A stretch of DNA of 64,000 nucleotides from Gammaproteobacteria bacterium. GTDB lineage: Bacteria > Pseudomonadota > Gammaproteobacteria > Ga0077536. The stretch spans positions 27,250 to 91,249 of the forward strand of contig JAURHQ010000001.1 in NCBI GenBank assembly GCA_030833185.1. The letters run 5' to 3'. The position numbers were made by a program, and so were the translations under genes. Below the pieces are notes generated by a model, which was not told where the DNA came from, searched no databases, and worked only from the letters and a program-made list of their open reading frames with translations. Below are positions 51,718 to 62,459 of this stretch, piece after piece (position 1 is the stretch's first letter; every line of letters starts with the position of its first letter).

Positions 51718-53346
51718 ATGAACGCATCCGCAAGCGCCCCGGCGACCGCCGGGATTGATTTTGATGCCGTGATCGTCGGCGCTGGTGTCGCCGGCCTGTA
51801 CCAGCTTTACCGGCTGCGCGAGCTCGGTCTCAAGGTTCGCTCGATCGACGCGGCCAGCGAAGTCGGCGGCACCTGGTACTGGAACTGCTACCCGGGCGCG
51901 CGGGTCGATTCGCAGTCCTACATCTACCAGTACTGGTTCTCGCAGGACCTGATTAACGAATGGAACTGGAGCGAGCGGTTTCCGGGACAGGGCGAGGCCG
52001 AGAAGTACTTCAACTTCGTGGCCGACAAGCTCGATCTGCGCAAGGACATCACGTTCAACACGCGGGTGACCGGCGCCGACTGGCTTGAGGATCAGCAGTG
52101 CTGGGCGGTGAGCACCGACAAGGGCGAGACGCTCCGCTGCCGCTTTCTCATCAGCTGCACGGGCATGCTCTCGGCGCCGATGGTGCCGCCCTTCCCCGGG
52201 CACGAGAAATTCAAGGGCATCATCGCCCACACCGCGCGCTATCCGCGCGCAGGCATCGACCTGAAGGGCAAGCGGGTGGGCGTGGTCGGCACCGGCGCGA
52301 CCGCCATTCAGGTCATTCAGACCATCGCCAAGAACGTGGCCGAGCTCAAAGTCTTCCAGCGCACGCCGCAATACGCGGTGCCAATGCGCAACCCCAAGTA
52401 CAACGACGAAGACCGCGCGCACTGGCGCGCCAAAGCCAGCGAGCTCTACCAGCGGGTGAACAGCACCTTCGCCGGCTTTGACTTCGATCTGGACCACGGC
52501 TCCTGGTACGACAAGACGCCCGCGCAGCGCCTGGCGATCCTCGAAGAAATCTGGGCCGACGGATCCTTAAGCTTCTGGGTGGGCAGCTTCCCGGAAGTAC
52601 TGACCGACGAGCAGGTGAACGCGGAGGTCTCCGAGTTCGTGCGCAAGAAAATCCGCGCCCGCATCAAGGATCCGGCGGTCGCCGAGAAGCTTATTCCCCG
52701 CAGCTACGGCTTCGGCACCTACCGCGTGCCGCTGGAGACTGGCTACTACGACGTCTACAACCAGCCCAACGTGGAACTGGTTGATGTCAGCCAGGCGCCG
52801 ATTGAGGCCTTCACCGAAAACGGCTTGAAAACCGCCGCCGGCGAATACCCGCTGGACGTCATCATTCTCGCCACTGGCTTTGACGCCGGCACCGGCTCGC
52901 TGACGCAGATGAACATCCACGGCCGCAGCGGTCGCTCGCTGACCGAGGAATGGCGGCAGGACATTCGCAGCACGCTGGGCCTGCAGGTGAACGGCTTCCC
53001 CAACCTCTTCACCATCGCCGGGCCGCTCGCGCCGTCCACCGCGTTCTGCAATATGACGACCTGTCTGCAGCAGCAGGTGGACTGGGTGACCGACACCATC
53101 CGGTATCTGCGCGAACACCATCAAACGGTGATTGAGCCGACGGTGGCGCGACAGGACGCATGGGTGAAACACCACGATGAAATCGCCAACGCCACGCTGC
53201 TGGTGCGCACCAAGTCCTGGTACACCGGCGCCAACATCAAGGGCAAACCGATTCGGCTCTTGTCCTACATCGGGGGTGCGGCCAAGTACCGGCAGATCTG
53301 CGACGAGGTGAAGACCAAGGGCTATCCGGGCTTCGCGCTCGCCTGA
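51718..53346 (+). CDS. Flavin-dependent Baeyer-Villiger monooxygenase (class B, cyclohexanone monooxygenase-like).
   Basis: Two Rossmann GxGxxG sites (GAGVAGL, GTGATAI). The BVMO fingerprint FxGxxxHxxxW-type region (FKGIIAHTARYP) is present. ATG 51718 has an AGGAGG RBS. Confidence 0.85.
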   Translation: MNASASAPATAGIDFDAVIVGAGVAGLYQLYRLRELGLKVRSIDAASEVGGTWYWNCYPGARVDSQSYIYQYWFSQDLINEWNWSERFPGQGEAEKYFNFVADKLDLRKDITFNTRVTGADWLEDQQCWAVSTDKGETLRCRFLISCTGMLSAPMVPPFPGHEKFKGIIAHTARYPRAGIDLKGKRVGVVGTGATAIQVIQTIAKNVAELKVFQRTPQYAVPMRNPKYNDEDRAHWRAKASELYQRVNSTFAGFDFDLDHGSWYDKTPAQRLAILEEIWADGSLSFWVGSFPEVLTDEQVNAEVSEFVRKKIRARIKDPAVAEKLIPRSYGFGTYRVPLETGYYDVYNQPNVELVDVSQAPIEAFTENGLKTAAGEYPLDVIILATGFDAGTGSLTQMNIHGRSGRSLTEEWRQDIRSTLGLQVNGFPNLFTIAGPLAPSTAFCNMTTCLQQQVDWVTDTIRYLREHHQTVIEPTVARQDAWVKHHDEIANATLLVRTKSWYTGANIKGKPIRLLSYIGGAAKYRQICDEVKTKGYPGFALA

Positions 53347-53361
53347 GCGACTAATCGCCAT

Positions 53362-53378
53362 GCCCGGCAGTGCCGGGC
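53362..53378. terminator. GC hairpin between convergent monooxygenase and Rieske genes.
   Basis: gcccggca-g-tgccgggc is a perfect 8-bp inverted repeat. There is no U-tract. Confidence 0.25.
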
Positions 53379-53404
53379 GTGGCGGGGTCTGGCGTTGAAC
53401 CGCC

Positions 53405-54736
53405 CTAGCGCTGCGCCGGCGCTGCCGGCCGGTCGAGCGTAGGGAACGTGCCGCGCGCCCGCGCCGCCAGATAGCGCTGGATCAGCCACACCGGCATATC
53501 GAGGTGGCTCAGGCGCCCACGCTGGTAGCCGGTTGCATGCAGGCCGCGCTGGATACCGGTACACACCCGCATGTCCTCCAGATGGAAGTCGATCAGCATC
53601 TGATCGGCGGCGGCAATCTTGGCCGCGTAGTCCGGCTCGGCCGCAAGGCTCGCCGGCACCAGCATGGTGGTGACGAGCCGGCTGCGGTCCGGCCCCAGCG
53701 GATCGATCCGGTACCAGAACAGGCGATCAGGCCCGGTGAACAGCATGAAGCCGGGATAAGCCAGGAACACCGACATCTGCTGCTGGTCGGCCGGCGGCAG
53801 GCCCTCGATGGTCGGAAAATCCGTCGCCGGGTTCGGCGTGTAGTGCTGCTTGAACGGCAGGTTCACCCGTATGTGATGCGGCCGCTCAGCCTCGGCCCAG
53901 GTGTCTTGCGCCGGCATCAGCGACTGGAAGGTCTGACTGTGGGCGCCCAGATGGTGGTAGGCCTCCATGAAGTTCTCCACCAGCACCTTCCAGTTGAAAG
54001 GGCAGTCCCATTCCCGGTAGATGGCGACCTTCATCTCCGCCGGCTGCCAGGGCGCGAGATCTGCCGCCATGCCGGCGAGTTGGGTCGCCAGCGGCGCGGC
54101 CTTGCCGTCCAGATTCACAAACACCCAGCCGTGCCAGATTTCCGTGCGGAAGGCGGTGAGCTGAATGTTTTCGCGGCAGAAGCCTTCGGCCTGCTGCATT
54201 TCCGGCGCGGCCTTCAGCTGCCCGGTCAGGTCGAAACTCCAGAAGTGGTAGGGGCACATGAAAAACCGCGCGTGCCCGCAGCCCGCCGGCCCTTCGGCTT
54301 CCGCGCAAGCGCGCTGTCCTTCATAGGTGTAGCCCGGCGGCATGATGTCGGCGCCGCGATGCGCGCAGACGCGCGAGAGCACCCGCACCACCTCGTCCTT
54401 GCCGCGCACCAGCACCAGCGGCTCGCCCAGCAGGTCGAGCTTGATGAAGTCGCCCGCCTTCGGCACCTGCGAGACGTGCGCGAGACACAGCCAGCCCGGG
54501 CGCAGCACGTGCTCGAGCTCCCATTTAAGAAAAGCCTCGTCGGTGTAGACCTCCGGCGGCAGGGTCATGGCCTGCGGCAGCGGGCGCGCCGCCGTGGCCT
54601 CGAGATCGGCCAGCGTCTCCGTCAGCGGCCGCGGCGTGCGCGCCAGCCGGAACAGCGGTTCGGGTTCGGCCACGGCCGCCACCGTCGGCACGATGGTGGC
54701 GTCCATTTTCAGGTTGGTATCGAGGGAAAGGGTCAT
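53405..54736 (-). CDS. Rieske [2Fe-2S] non-heme iron oxygenase alpha subunit.
   Basis: Rieske ligands CAHRG ... CPYHFW, plus the mononuclear iron motif ENFMEAYHHLGAH. Confidence 0.85.
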   Translation of the reverse strand: MTLSLDTNLKMDATIVPTVAAVAEPEPLFRLARTPRPLTETLADLEATAARPLPQAMTLPPEVYTDEAFLKWELEHVLRPGWLCLAHVSQVPKAGDFIKLDLLGEPLVLVRGKDEVVRVLSRVCAHRGADIMPPGYTYEGQRACAEAEGPAGCGHARFFMCPYHFWSFDLTGQLKAAPEMQQAEGFCRENIQLTAFRTEIWHGWVFVNLDGKAAPLATQLAGMAADLAPWQPAEMKVAIYREWDCPFNWKVLVENFMEAYHHLGAHSQTFQSLMPAQDTWAEAERPHHIRVNLPFKQHYTPNPATDFPTIEGLPPADQQQMSVFLAYPGFMLFTGPDRLFWYRIDPLGPDRSRLVTTMLVPASLAAEPDYAAKIAAADQMLIDFHLEDMRVCTGIQRGLHATGYQRGRLSHLDMPVWLIQRYLAARARGTFPTLDRPAAPAQR

Positions 54737-54827
54737 GGGGGACTCCGCGATAGGGGCAGGCCGTTCGGGCCGAGCCAGATGCGCCTATCTTCCGCAGCGC
54801 CACCCATCCACCAATAGGAAATCTGTC

Positions 54828-55541
54828 CTATGTGCTCGTGTGGCTTAAGCGCACGGCCTCGACGCGGTTGTGCACGCCGAGTTTCTGAAAGATATGGTCG
54901 AGGTGGTTTTTCACCGTGTGCGGGCTGATGCCGAGGATGGTCGCGATTTCTTCATTCGCCTTGCCCTGCGCCAGCCAGTGAAAGACTTCGCGCTCGCGCG
55001 GACTTAACGCGGCCAGCCGATCGGCCTGCACGGCGGTGGCCGTCGCACGCTGGCGCGAACGCCCCGGACCGCCGCTCTCGCGCACGGGACTGCCGGGCGC
55101 GCGCTGATCAACGCCCACCGCGCCGTGGAACCGGCCCTCGAGAATGATCGGCACGATGTGACTGGTAATCACCAGCACCACCCCGCCGAAACGGTATTCC
55201 ATGGGCTCCAGATCGCAGGCGCTGAGTTGCCGCTTCGGCACCCAGTACCAGTCCCCTTCGCCCGGATGTTCGTAGCCGGTGGTCGCAATCAACGCCGGCG
55301 CCCCCTCCGCCCGGTGCCAGCAGGGCAGGAAGCGTCCGGTGTGGTCGTGACCTTCGGTATCGCGAAAGCGCGCGTCCTGCCCGTCCAGCGCCTCCGGCTC
55401 CCACACCGTCCACACCGAGAGCGCAGCCGGATTGGCCTCCAGCACGCCGCGCAGCAGTTGCGAATAGCTGTCGCGCGCCCGCAGGCCGGCGGCGTGCAGG
55501 GCGCAAAAGGCGGCGGCGAGATGGTGGGCGAGGGGTTTCAC
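54828..55541 (-). CDS. LuxR family transcriptional regulator with N-terminal sensor-like domain.
   Basis: C-terminal HTH_LuxR ([36 protein letters not shown]). Confidence 0.8.
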   Translation of the reverse strand: MKPLAHHLAAAFCALHAAGLRARDSYSQLLRGVLEANPAALSVWTVWEPEALDGQDARFRDTEGHDHTGRFLPCWHRAEGAPALIATTGYEHPGEGDWYWVPKRQLSACDLEPMEYRFGGVVLVITSHIVPIILEGRFHGAVGVDQRAPGSPVRESGGPGRSRQRATATAVQADRLAALSPREREVFHWLAQGKANEEIATILGISPHTVKNHLDHIFQKLGVHNRVEAVRLSHTST

Positions 55542-55554
55542 CGCGCCCGCGCCG

Positions 55555-56646
<1,092 letters not shown>

Positions 56647-56648
56647 GG

Positions 56649-57242
56649 CTAGTGCTTTCCTGTGTCGCCTGCGCGGCGATTGAGCTGATTCATGATTTTG
56701 TCGGTCTGGCCGGCCACGACCTCGGGCAATACGCTCACGCCGCGGGCAATGGCGTCTTCGATCGCAAGCCGGTCGTCGGTGGGCGGATTGCCCAGCACGT
56801 ATTCCACCACCTTGTCGGCGCTGCCCGGATGACCAATGCCGAGTCGCAGGCGCAGAAACTCCGCGCCGATCTGGGCGGTAATGTCGCGCAGGCCGTTGTG
56901 GCCGCCGTGACCGCCGCCGCGTTTAAGCCGCACCGTGCCCGGCGCCAGATCGAGTTCATCATGCACCACCAGAATGGCCGCCGGCGGGATCTTGTAATAG
57001 CGCGCATAGGCGCCGACGGCCTGGCCGCTCAGGTTCATGAAAGTGGTGGGTTTGAGCAGCGCCACGCGGCGCCCGCCGAGCTTGAGCGTGCCGACCTCGG
57101 CCTGAAATTTGGACTCCGTGCGCAAGTCAGCGCCCGCCTCGGCCAGCCGATCAAGCAGCCAGAAGCCAACGTTGTGCCGCGTCCGGACGTACTGCGAGCC
57201 CGGATTGCCGAGGCCCACGATGAGATCGATCTCGCCCGCCAT
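56649..57242 (-). CDS. pth: Peptidyl-tRNA hydrolase.
   Basis: [21 protein letters not shown] is a canonical Pth N-terminus. Confidence 0.9.
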   Translation of the reverse strand: MAGEIDLIVGLGNPGSQYVRTRHNVGFWLLDRLAEAGADLRTESKFQAEVGTLKLGGRRVALLKPTTFMNLSGQAVGAYARYYKIPPAAILVVHDELDLAPGTVRLKRGGGHGGHNGLRDITAQIGAEFLRLRLGIGHPGSADKVVEYVLGNPPTDDRLAIEDAIARGVSVLPEVVAGQTDKIMNQLNRRAGDTGKH

Positions 57243-57302
57243 GGAGGCCAGACCCGGAACCTCCGCCAGACGCTCGTCCGGCGGAGGTCCTGACGGGACC
57301 TG

Positions 57303-57962
57303 CTACTTTTTGGCCGCCGGCTTGGCAGCCGCCTTGCCTTTGCCCTTGGCCGCTGCGGCCGCCGGGGCTTCTTCCACAATCTTCGGCGCCTGGATGTGCA
57401 CCACCGGCAGTTGCGGATCGCCACCACGGGAGATGGAGTACACCTGTACGCCCTCGGGCAGGTTCAGGTCGCCCAGATGCAGGGTCTGCCCCAGCGCCAC
57501 GGTGTTCATGTCGACCGTCACGTATTCCGGCAGGTCCTTCGGCAGGCAGGTCAACTCCACGTCGCTCAGGTAGCGAATGATGGTGCCGCCGCCGGATTTG
57601 ACCGCCGGGCAGGTGTCTTCATGGATGAAGTGCACCGGCACGCGCAGCACCAGCTTCTGGGTGTCGCTGACGCGCAGGAAGTCGGCGTGCAGGATGACCG
57701 GACGCACCGGGTGACGCTGCATGTCCTTGATGATGACCTGCTGGTCGGCGCTGCCCGCCACCTTCAGCGTGAGGATGGTGGAGTAGAACGCCTCGTGGTC
57801 GGACTGCAGCATCAGGTGGTTGTGCTCGATCTGCAGCGACACAGGCGCTTGGCCAGCGCCGTAAAGAATGGCCGGCACTTTGCCGTCACGGCGCAGGCAG
57901 CGGCTCGCACTCTTGCCCTGCACGGTACGCGGCGCTGCCGAGACCTCAAATTTGTGGGACAT
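57303..57962 (-). CDS. rplY: 50S ribosomal protein L25 / general stress protein Ctc (long form with Ala/Lys-rich tail).
   Basis: L25 fold N-terminus, and position between pth and prs. Confidence 0.85.
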   Translation of the reverse strand: MSHKFEVSAAPRTVQGKSASRCLRRDGKVPAILYGAGQAPVSLQIEHNHLMLQSDHEAFYSTILTLKVAGSADQQVIIKDMQRHPVRPVILHADFLRVSDTQKLVLRVPVHFIHEDTCPAVKSGGGTIIRYLSDVELTCLPKDLPEYVTVDMNTVALGQTLHLGDLNLPEGVQVYSISRGGDPQLPVVHIQAPKIVEEAPAAAAAKGKGKAAAKPAAKK

Positions 57963-58035
57963 AGTTATTTCTCCTGAAGTAATGGAATGCCGACCCGTTG
58001 TCGTCCGCGACCAGACGGCAGGGGCCTCTGTTGCC

Positions 58036-58995
58036 TCAATCGATGAACATCGAACTCAATGACTGGCCCGAGCTCATCCGATTGATACTTTCACCGAGCA
58101 AACCCGCCACCGACAGCGCGCGGATCCGGCCACAGGCCGCCGCCGCTTCGGTCAGCGGAATGGTGTCGGTCACCACGAGCTCGTCGAGCTCGGAGTTGTT
58201 GATATTGTCGAGCGCCTTGCCCGAGAGCACGGCGTGCGTGCAGTAGGCGGCGACCGAAATGGCGCCGCGCGCTTTGAGCGCCTTGGCCGCCGCGCAGAGC
58301 GTGCCGGCGGTATCGACCATGTCGTCGACCAGCACGCAGGAGCGGCCGGAGACGTCGCCGATGATGTTCATGATTTCGGCCTCGTTGGCCCGCGGCCGCC
58401 GCTTGTCGATGATGGCGAGGTCGGCGTTGTCGAGCCGCCGGGCCACCGCGCGGGCGCGCACCACGCCGCCGACGTCGGGCGACACCACCATCAGATTGCG
58501 ATATTCGTTTTTCCAGATGTCGCCCAGCAGCACCGGCGAGGCGTAGACGTTGTCCATCGGGATGTCGTAGAAGCCCTGAATCTGGTCGGCGTGCAGGTCA
58601 ACCGTCAGCACGCGGTCGGTCCCGACCGTGGTCAGCATATTGGCCACCACCTTGGCGGTAATGGGCACGCGGGCAGAGCGCGGACGGCGGTCCTGGCGGG
58701 AGTAGCCCAGATAAGGCAGTACCGCCGTGATGCTGGCCGCCGAGGCGCGCCGCAGGGCGTCGATCAACACCAGCACTTCCATCAGGTTGTCGTTGGTCGG
58801 CGCGCAGATCGACTGGATCACAAAGACGTCGCGGGCACGCACGTTTTCCGCGATCTCGACCTGCACTTCGCCGTCGCTGAAGCGACTGACGGTCGCTTTG
58901 CCCAGCGGGATCTGCAAATGGCCCGCGATCGACTTGGCCAGCACCGGGTTGGAGTTGCCGGAGAACAGCATCATGGCCGAACGATTGGGGAACAT
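58036..58995 (-). CDS. prs: Ribose-phosphate pyrophosphokinase.
   Basis: PRPP synthetase motifs ([23 protein letters not shown]). ATG 58995 gives [14 protein letters not shown]; ATG 58974 is an alternative. Confidence 0.9.
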   Translation of the reverse strand: MFPNRSAMMLFSGNSNPVLAKSIAGHLQIPLGKATVSRFSDGEVQVEIAENVRARDVFVIQSICAPTNDNLMEVLVLIDALRRASAASITAVLPYLGYSRQDRRPRSARVPITAKVVANMLTTVGTDRVLTVDLHADQIQGFYDIPMDNVYASPVLLGDIWKNEYRNLMVVSPDVGGVVRARAVARRLDNADLAIIDKRRPRANEAEIMNIIGDVSGRSCVLVDDMVDTAGTLCAAAKALKARGAISVAAYCTHAVLSGKALDNINNSELDELVVTDTIPLTEAAAACGRIRALSVAGLLGESINRMSSGQSLSSMFID

Positions 58996-59017
58996 GTCTG
59001 CTGGTCCTGCTTTCAAT

Positions 59018-59092
59018 TGGCTGGGGAGCCAGGATTCGAACCTGGGAATGCCGGGATCAAAACCCGGTGCCTTACCACTTGGCGACTCCCCA
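59018..59092 (-). tRNA. tRNA-Gln (anticodon UUG).
   Basis: The reverse complement TGGGGAGTCGCCAAGTGGTAAGGCACCGGGTTTTGATCCCGGCATTCCCAGGTTCGAATCCTGGCTCCCCAGCCA closely matches E. coli tRNA-Gln. Anticodon loop is CTTTTGAT with anticodon TTG, and CCA is encoded. It lies between ispE and prs. Confidence 0.85.
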
Positions 59093-59109
59093 ATGTTCTT
59101 GGTGTCTGT

Positions 59110-59955
59110 CTAGGCCTGCGCGTCGAGTCGCACGAGCAGGGGCGAACGGTTAGCCCGTTTGGCCACGAACCAGCGCCAGCCGTCGGGCACATGCTGTCCG
59201 GTGTCCTCTGCCGCTTGCTGCGAGGGGAAACTCGCAAAAATGCACGCACCGGTACCGCTCATCCGGGCTGGCGCAAACGCGTTGAGCCAGTCCAGCGCTT
59301 CGTTGACCGCCGGGAACAGCCGCCGGGTGACCGGCTCGCAGTCGTTATGGGTGGTGGTCGACGAAAGGCGGTGGATTTTGATGGGGGGCGTATGACGTGT
59401 CAATTGAGAATCACCGAACACCGCCGCCGTGGGCACCTCGCAGCCCGGATGAATGACCAGCGTCCACGGCTCCTCGGCGTCCAGCGGCACCAGTACTTCG
59501 CCCACGCCTTCGGCAAAGGCCGCATGACCGCGGACGAACACCGGCACATCGGCGCCCAGTTTCAGGCCAATCTCGGCCAGTCGGTCGACGCCCAGACCCG
59601 TCTGCCACAGGCGATCGAGCACCCGCAGGACCGTGGCCGCGTTCGAGCTGCCGCCACCTAGCCCGCCGCCCATGGGAATGCGCTTCACCACACCGATGCG
59701 AGCCCCCAGCGCACAGCCACTGGCCGCCTGCAGGGCGCGCGCGGCCCGCACCACGAGATCCTGTTCGGGTGCAACGCCGGTCAATTCGCTGGCGCGTGTG
59801 ATCAGCCGGTCGGTGGTGATCTCAATGCTGATGTCGTCGCCATAGTCCAGAAACTGGAAATGCGTTTGCAGCAGGTGATAGCCATCGGCGCGACGCCCGG
59901 TGACGTGGAGAAAAAGGTTGATCTTGGCCGGTGCCGGCCAGGTCGTCGTGCTCAT
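59110..59955 (-). CDS. ispE: 4-diphosphocytidyl-2-C-methyl-D-erythritol kinase.
   Basis: GHMP kinase motif PMGGGLGGGSSNAA, and WPAPAKINLFLHVTGRR at the N-terminus. Confidence 0.9.
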   Translation of the reverse strand: MSTTTWPAPAKINLFLHVTGRRADGYHLLQTHFQFLDYGDDISIEITTDRLITRASELTGVAPEQDLVVRAARALQAASGCALGARIGVVKRIPMGGGLGGGSSNAATVLRVLDRLWQTGLGVDRLAEIGLKLGADVPVFVRGHAAFAEGVGEVLVPLDAEEPWTLVIHPGCEVPTAAVFGDSQLTRHTPPIKIHRLSSTTTHNDCEPVTRRLFPAVNEALDWLNAFAPARMSGTGACIFASFPSQQAAEDTGQHVPDGWRWFVAKRANRSPLLVRLDAQA

Positions 59956-60554
59956 GCGTGGTTCAGTTCCCAGCGGTCAATCACCAGTCGGATTTGCACT
60001 TTGCCGGCAGTCAGCAGGAGGCGCGACGGCAAGGTGTAGCCGCCCGCGTCCTGATAGGCCAGCACGCTGATGCGCCAGCCGGACTGGTCCAGATCGCTAA
60101 GCCGCCCCTGCGCATCCAGCGCCAGATGGTCGATGCGGGCCCCGGGGTCGGGAATGCCGCGCACCCAGTAGCGGGCGCCGTCGACCGGAAAGGTCCACTT
60201 CAGATGGGTTTGCATCAAGGTCTCGAAACTGGCTGCGGTGTGCCGCTGGCCGTCAGCGGTGGTCAGCGTCACGCCATCCGGGTTGCGGGCCAGCTGGAAC
60301 CCGCCCTGCCCCAGAGGGGCGCGCAGGCGCAGATCGGTGGTGGTGACGGCTTCTTGCCAGCGCAGCTTCAAGCTGCCGCCCTCGCTGTCGCGCTTAATCG
60401 CAACCCGCCCCTCCAGCGTGAAACCCGCCAGCGCGGCCAGCGCGGCACGATGCGTTTCCCAGTTGAGTTTCTCCGGCGCTGCCGGCGGCGCGGGTCGCCA
60501 CATCGCGCACGCGCTCAGGCACAGACACAGCACGCCGAGTCCGAGCGCGCGCAT
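59952..60554 (-). CDS. lolB: Outer membrane lipoprotein LolB.
   Basis: Lipobox LSAC, and position after ispE. Confidence 0.8.
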   Translation of the reverse strand: MRALGLGVLCLCLSACAMWRPAPPAAPEKLNWETHRAALAALAGFTLEGRVAIKRDSEGGSLKLRWQEAVTTTDLRLRAPLGQGGFQLARNPDGVTLTTADGQRHTAASFETLMQTHLKWTFPVDGARYWVRGIPDPGARIDHLALDAQGRLSDLDQSGWRISVLAYQDAGGYTLPSRLLLTAGKVQIRLVIDRWELNHA

Positions 60555-62293
60555 CAGGGGTCCAGACGCTTGATGGTATCCAGCAGTTTGGGCTGCCCGG
60601 GATGCTGTTTAAGGGCCTTGTTCCAGACCTCGCGCGCTTCTTTGCGCCGACCGAGCGACCACAAGACCTCGCCCAGATGGGCGGCAACCTCCGGGTCGTC
60701 GCGGATCTTGCGGGCCTCTTCCAGGTACGGGATGGCCGCCTCGGCCTGCCCGAGCTTGAACAACACCCAGCCCATGCTGTCGAGCACGTAGAAGTCGCGC
60801 GGCCCAACTTGCAGCGCCTTCTCAATGAGCCCACGCGCTTCCTCGTAGCGGGTCGTGCGGTCGGCGAGCGTGAAGCCCAGCGCATTGAGCGCCTGCGCGT
60901 TATCGGGCTCCCGCGCCAGCACCGCCTTGAGGTCGGACTCGAGCAGCTCAAGCTTGCCCATCCGCTCGGCCAGCATGGCGCGGTTGTAGAGCAGGGCCAT
61001 GTCGTAGACGCCGTTCAGCGCCTGGTCGTAGACCGCCATGGCCTCGTCGAGCCGCTCATTGGCGACCAGAATCTCGGCGTGGGTGAGTGCCAGCTGCGAG
61101 CGCTCGGCCTGATCCTCGGCCTTGATCCCGGTGAGCAGCGTGCGCGCCTCATCCAGCCGCGACAGCGAGGCCAGCAGCACCGCACGCCGCAGCTGCGCGG
61201 GAAAAACGTTGCTGCCGGTGGTCACCGACTGGTAGCGCGCCAGCGCCGCCTCCTGCTTACCGCGCGACTCCTCGATCTGGCCCAGATAGAACGCGGCATC
61301 GCTTTCGCGATCGGGCACCTTGGCCAGCTTCAGGAAATTCCCTTCGGCCTCCGACACCTTGTTGGCCTGCAGGTTGAGCAGGCCCAGCGCGTACAGCACA
61401 TCGGCGTTATCCGGCGCTTTACGCTCCAGCAGGCCGAACTGGCGCCGGGCCGCTTCAAACTGACGGTCGTCGGCCAGTAGCCGCGCATAGAGCAGGCGCA
61501 GGCCCAAATCCTCGGGCGCCCGCTTCAGGGCACGTTCCAGAAAATCGACGCCGGCCGCCGCCTGACCCTGCTTCTGCAAGAGCGCAACGTAGGCCAGCGC
61601 GAGGTTGGGATTGATGTCGGTCTTGCTGACCAGCCGCTCCATCGCTTCCTGCGCCTTCGGCAGATTCTCGGCCCGCATCGCGAGCAGCGCGTAGGCAACC
61701 TGGGCATCGGTGTCGCCGGCGCGGGTCGCCACCAGCGCTTCCATCACCGACAGCGCGACCTGACGGTCGGCCTCGCTGCCCAGCAGATTGGCGATGGCGC
61801 GAAAACGGTTCCCGTCGTTGCTGCGGTCTTTGGCGAGCACGTATTTCAGGTGCTCCAGCGCCGCCGCGCCGTCCCCGGATCGGATCAGACTTGCCGCCAG
61901 CAACTGGCGGGCATCGAGGTTTTCCGGCGCCACCGCAACCCACAGCCGCGATGCCTTCAGCGCCGCGTCGTTGTCATCGGCGTACACCGCGATGCGGGCG
62001 GCGCGCTCTACGATGTCGCGGTCGCGGGTCTGTTCGGCCATCGCCAGATAATGCGTGACGGCCAGCGGCAACTGGTCGCGCTTGCCGGCAAACTCGGCAA
62101 CGAGGAGCTGATAGACAGGATCGCGGTCGAGGTCTGCTGCCGCCACCGGCACGTCGCGGACGGCGGCGGTTTCGGTTTCGGTGCGGAAGGGTTCGAGGCC
62201 AGCGGCGCCCGACGCGACGACCGGGGCCAGCTGACACCCGGTGAGGCCGAGCAATAGCGCCAGCCCGGCGGCGTGGCGCAGGGCTTTAAGCAT
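60554..62293 (-). CDS. TPR-repeat lipoprotein (PA4667-like) between lolB and hemA.
   Basis: ATG 62293 gives MLKALRHAAGLALLLGLTGC (lipobox), followed by many TPR repeats. Confidence 0.75.
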   Translation of the reverse strand: MLKALRHAAGLALLLGLTGCQLAPVVASGAAGLEPFRTETETAAVRDVPVAAADLDRDPVYQLLVAEFAGKRDQLPLAVTHYLAMAEQTRDRDIVERAARIAVYADDNDAALKASRLWVAVAPENLDARQLLAASLIRSGDGAAALEHLKYVLAKDRSNDGNRFRAIANLLGSEADRQVALSVMEALVATRAGDTDAQVAYALLAMRAENLPKAQEAMERLVSKTDINPNLALAYVALLQKQGQAAAGVDFLERALKRAPEDLGLRLLYARLLADDRQFEAARRQFGLLERKAPDNADVLYALGLLNLQANKVSEAEGNFLKLAKVPDRESDAAFYLGQIEESRGKQEAALARYQSVTTGSNVFPAQLRRAVLLASLSRLDEARTLLTGIKAEDQAERSQLALTHAEILVANERLDEAMAVYDQALNGVYDMALLYNRAMLAERMGKLELLESDLKAVLAREPDNAQALNALGFTLADRTTRYEEARGLIEKALQVGPRDFYVLDSMGWVLFKLGQAEAAIPYLEEARKIRDDPEVAAHLGEVLWSLGRRKEAREVWNKALKQHPGQPKLLDTIKRLDP

Positions 62294-62459
62294 GGAAGCC
62301 TGACCGGCGCACAGATGGGGCAATTACGGCATGGGCTTTCATGGTTAAACTATAAACGACTCGAAATCCTTCTGTTCAGCCCGGCAGCGCGTCCCGGCGC
62401 GCGCTGTGGGGCGCGCGCCAAGCGGCGTGCCGCACTTCAGGTGTCACCCTAGCACGAGC

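Noticed and set aside
59018-59092. tRNA-Gln as an integration hotspot or island boundary.
   Set aside because: The flanking genes (prs, ispE) are conserved core genes in the same order as in Pseudomonas. There is no integrase or direct repeat of the tRNA 3' end.
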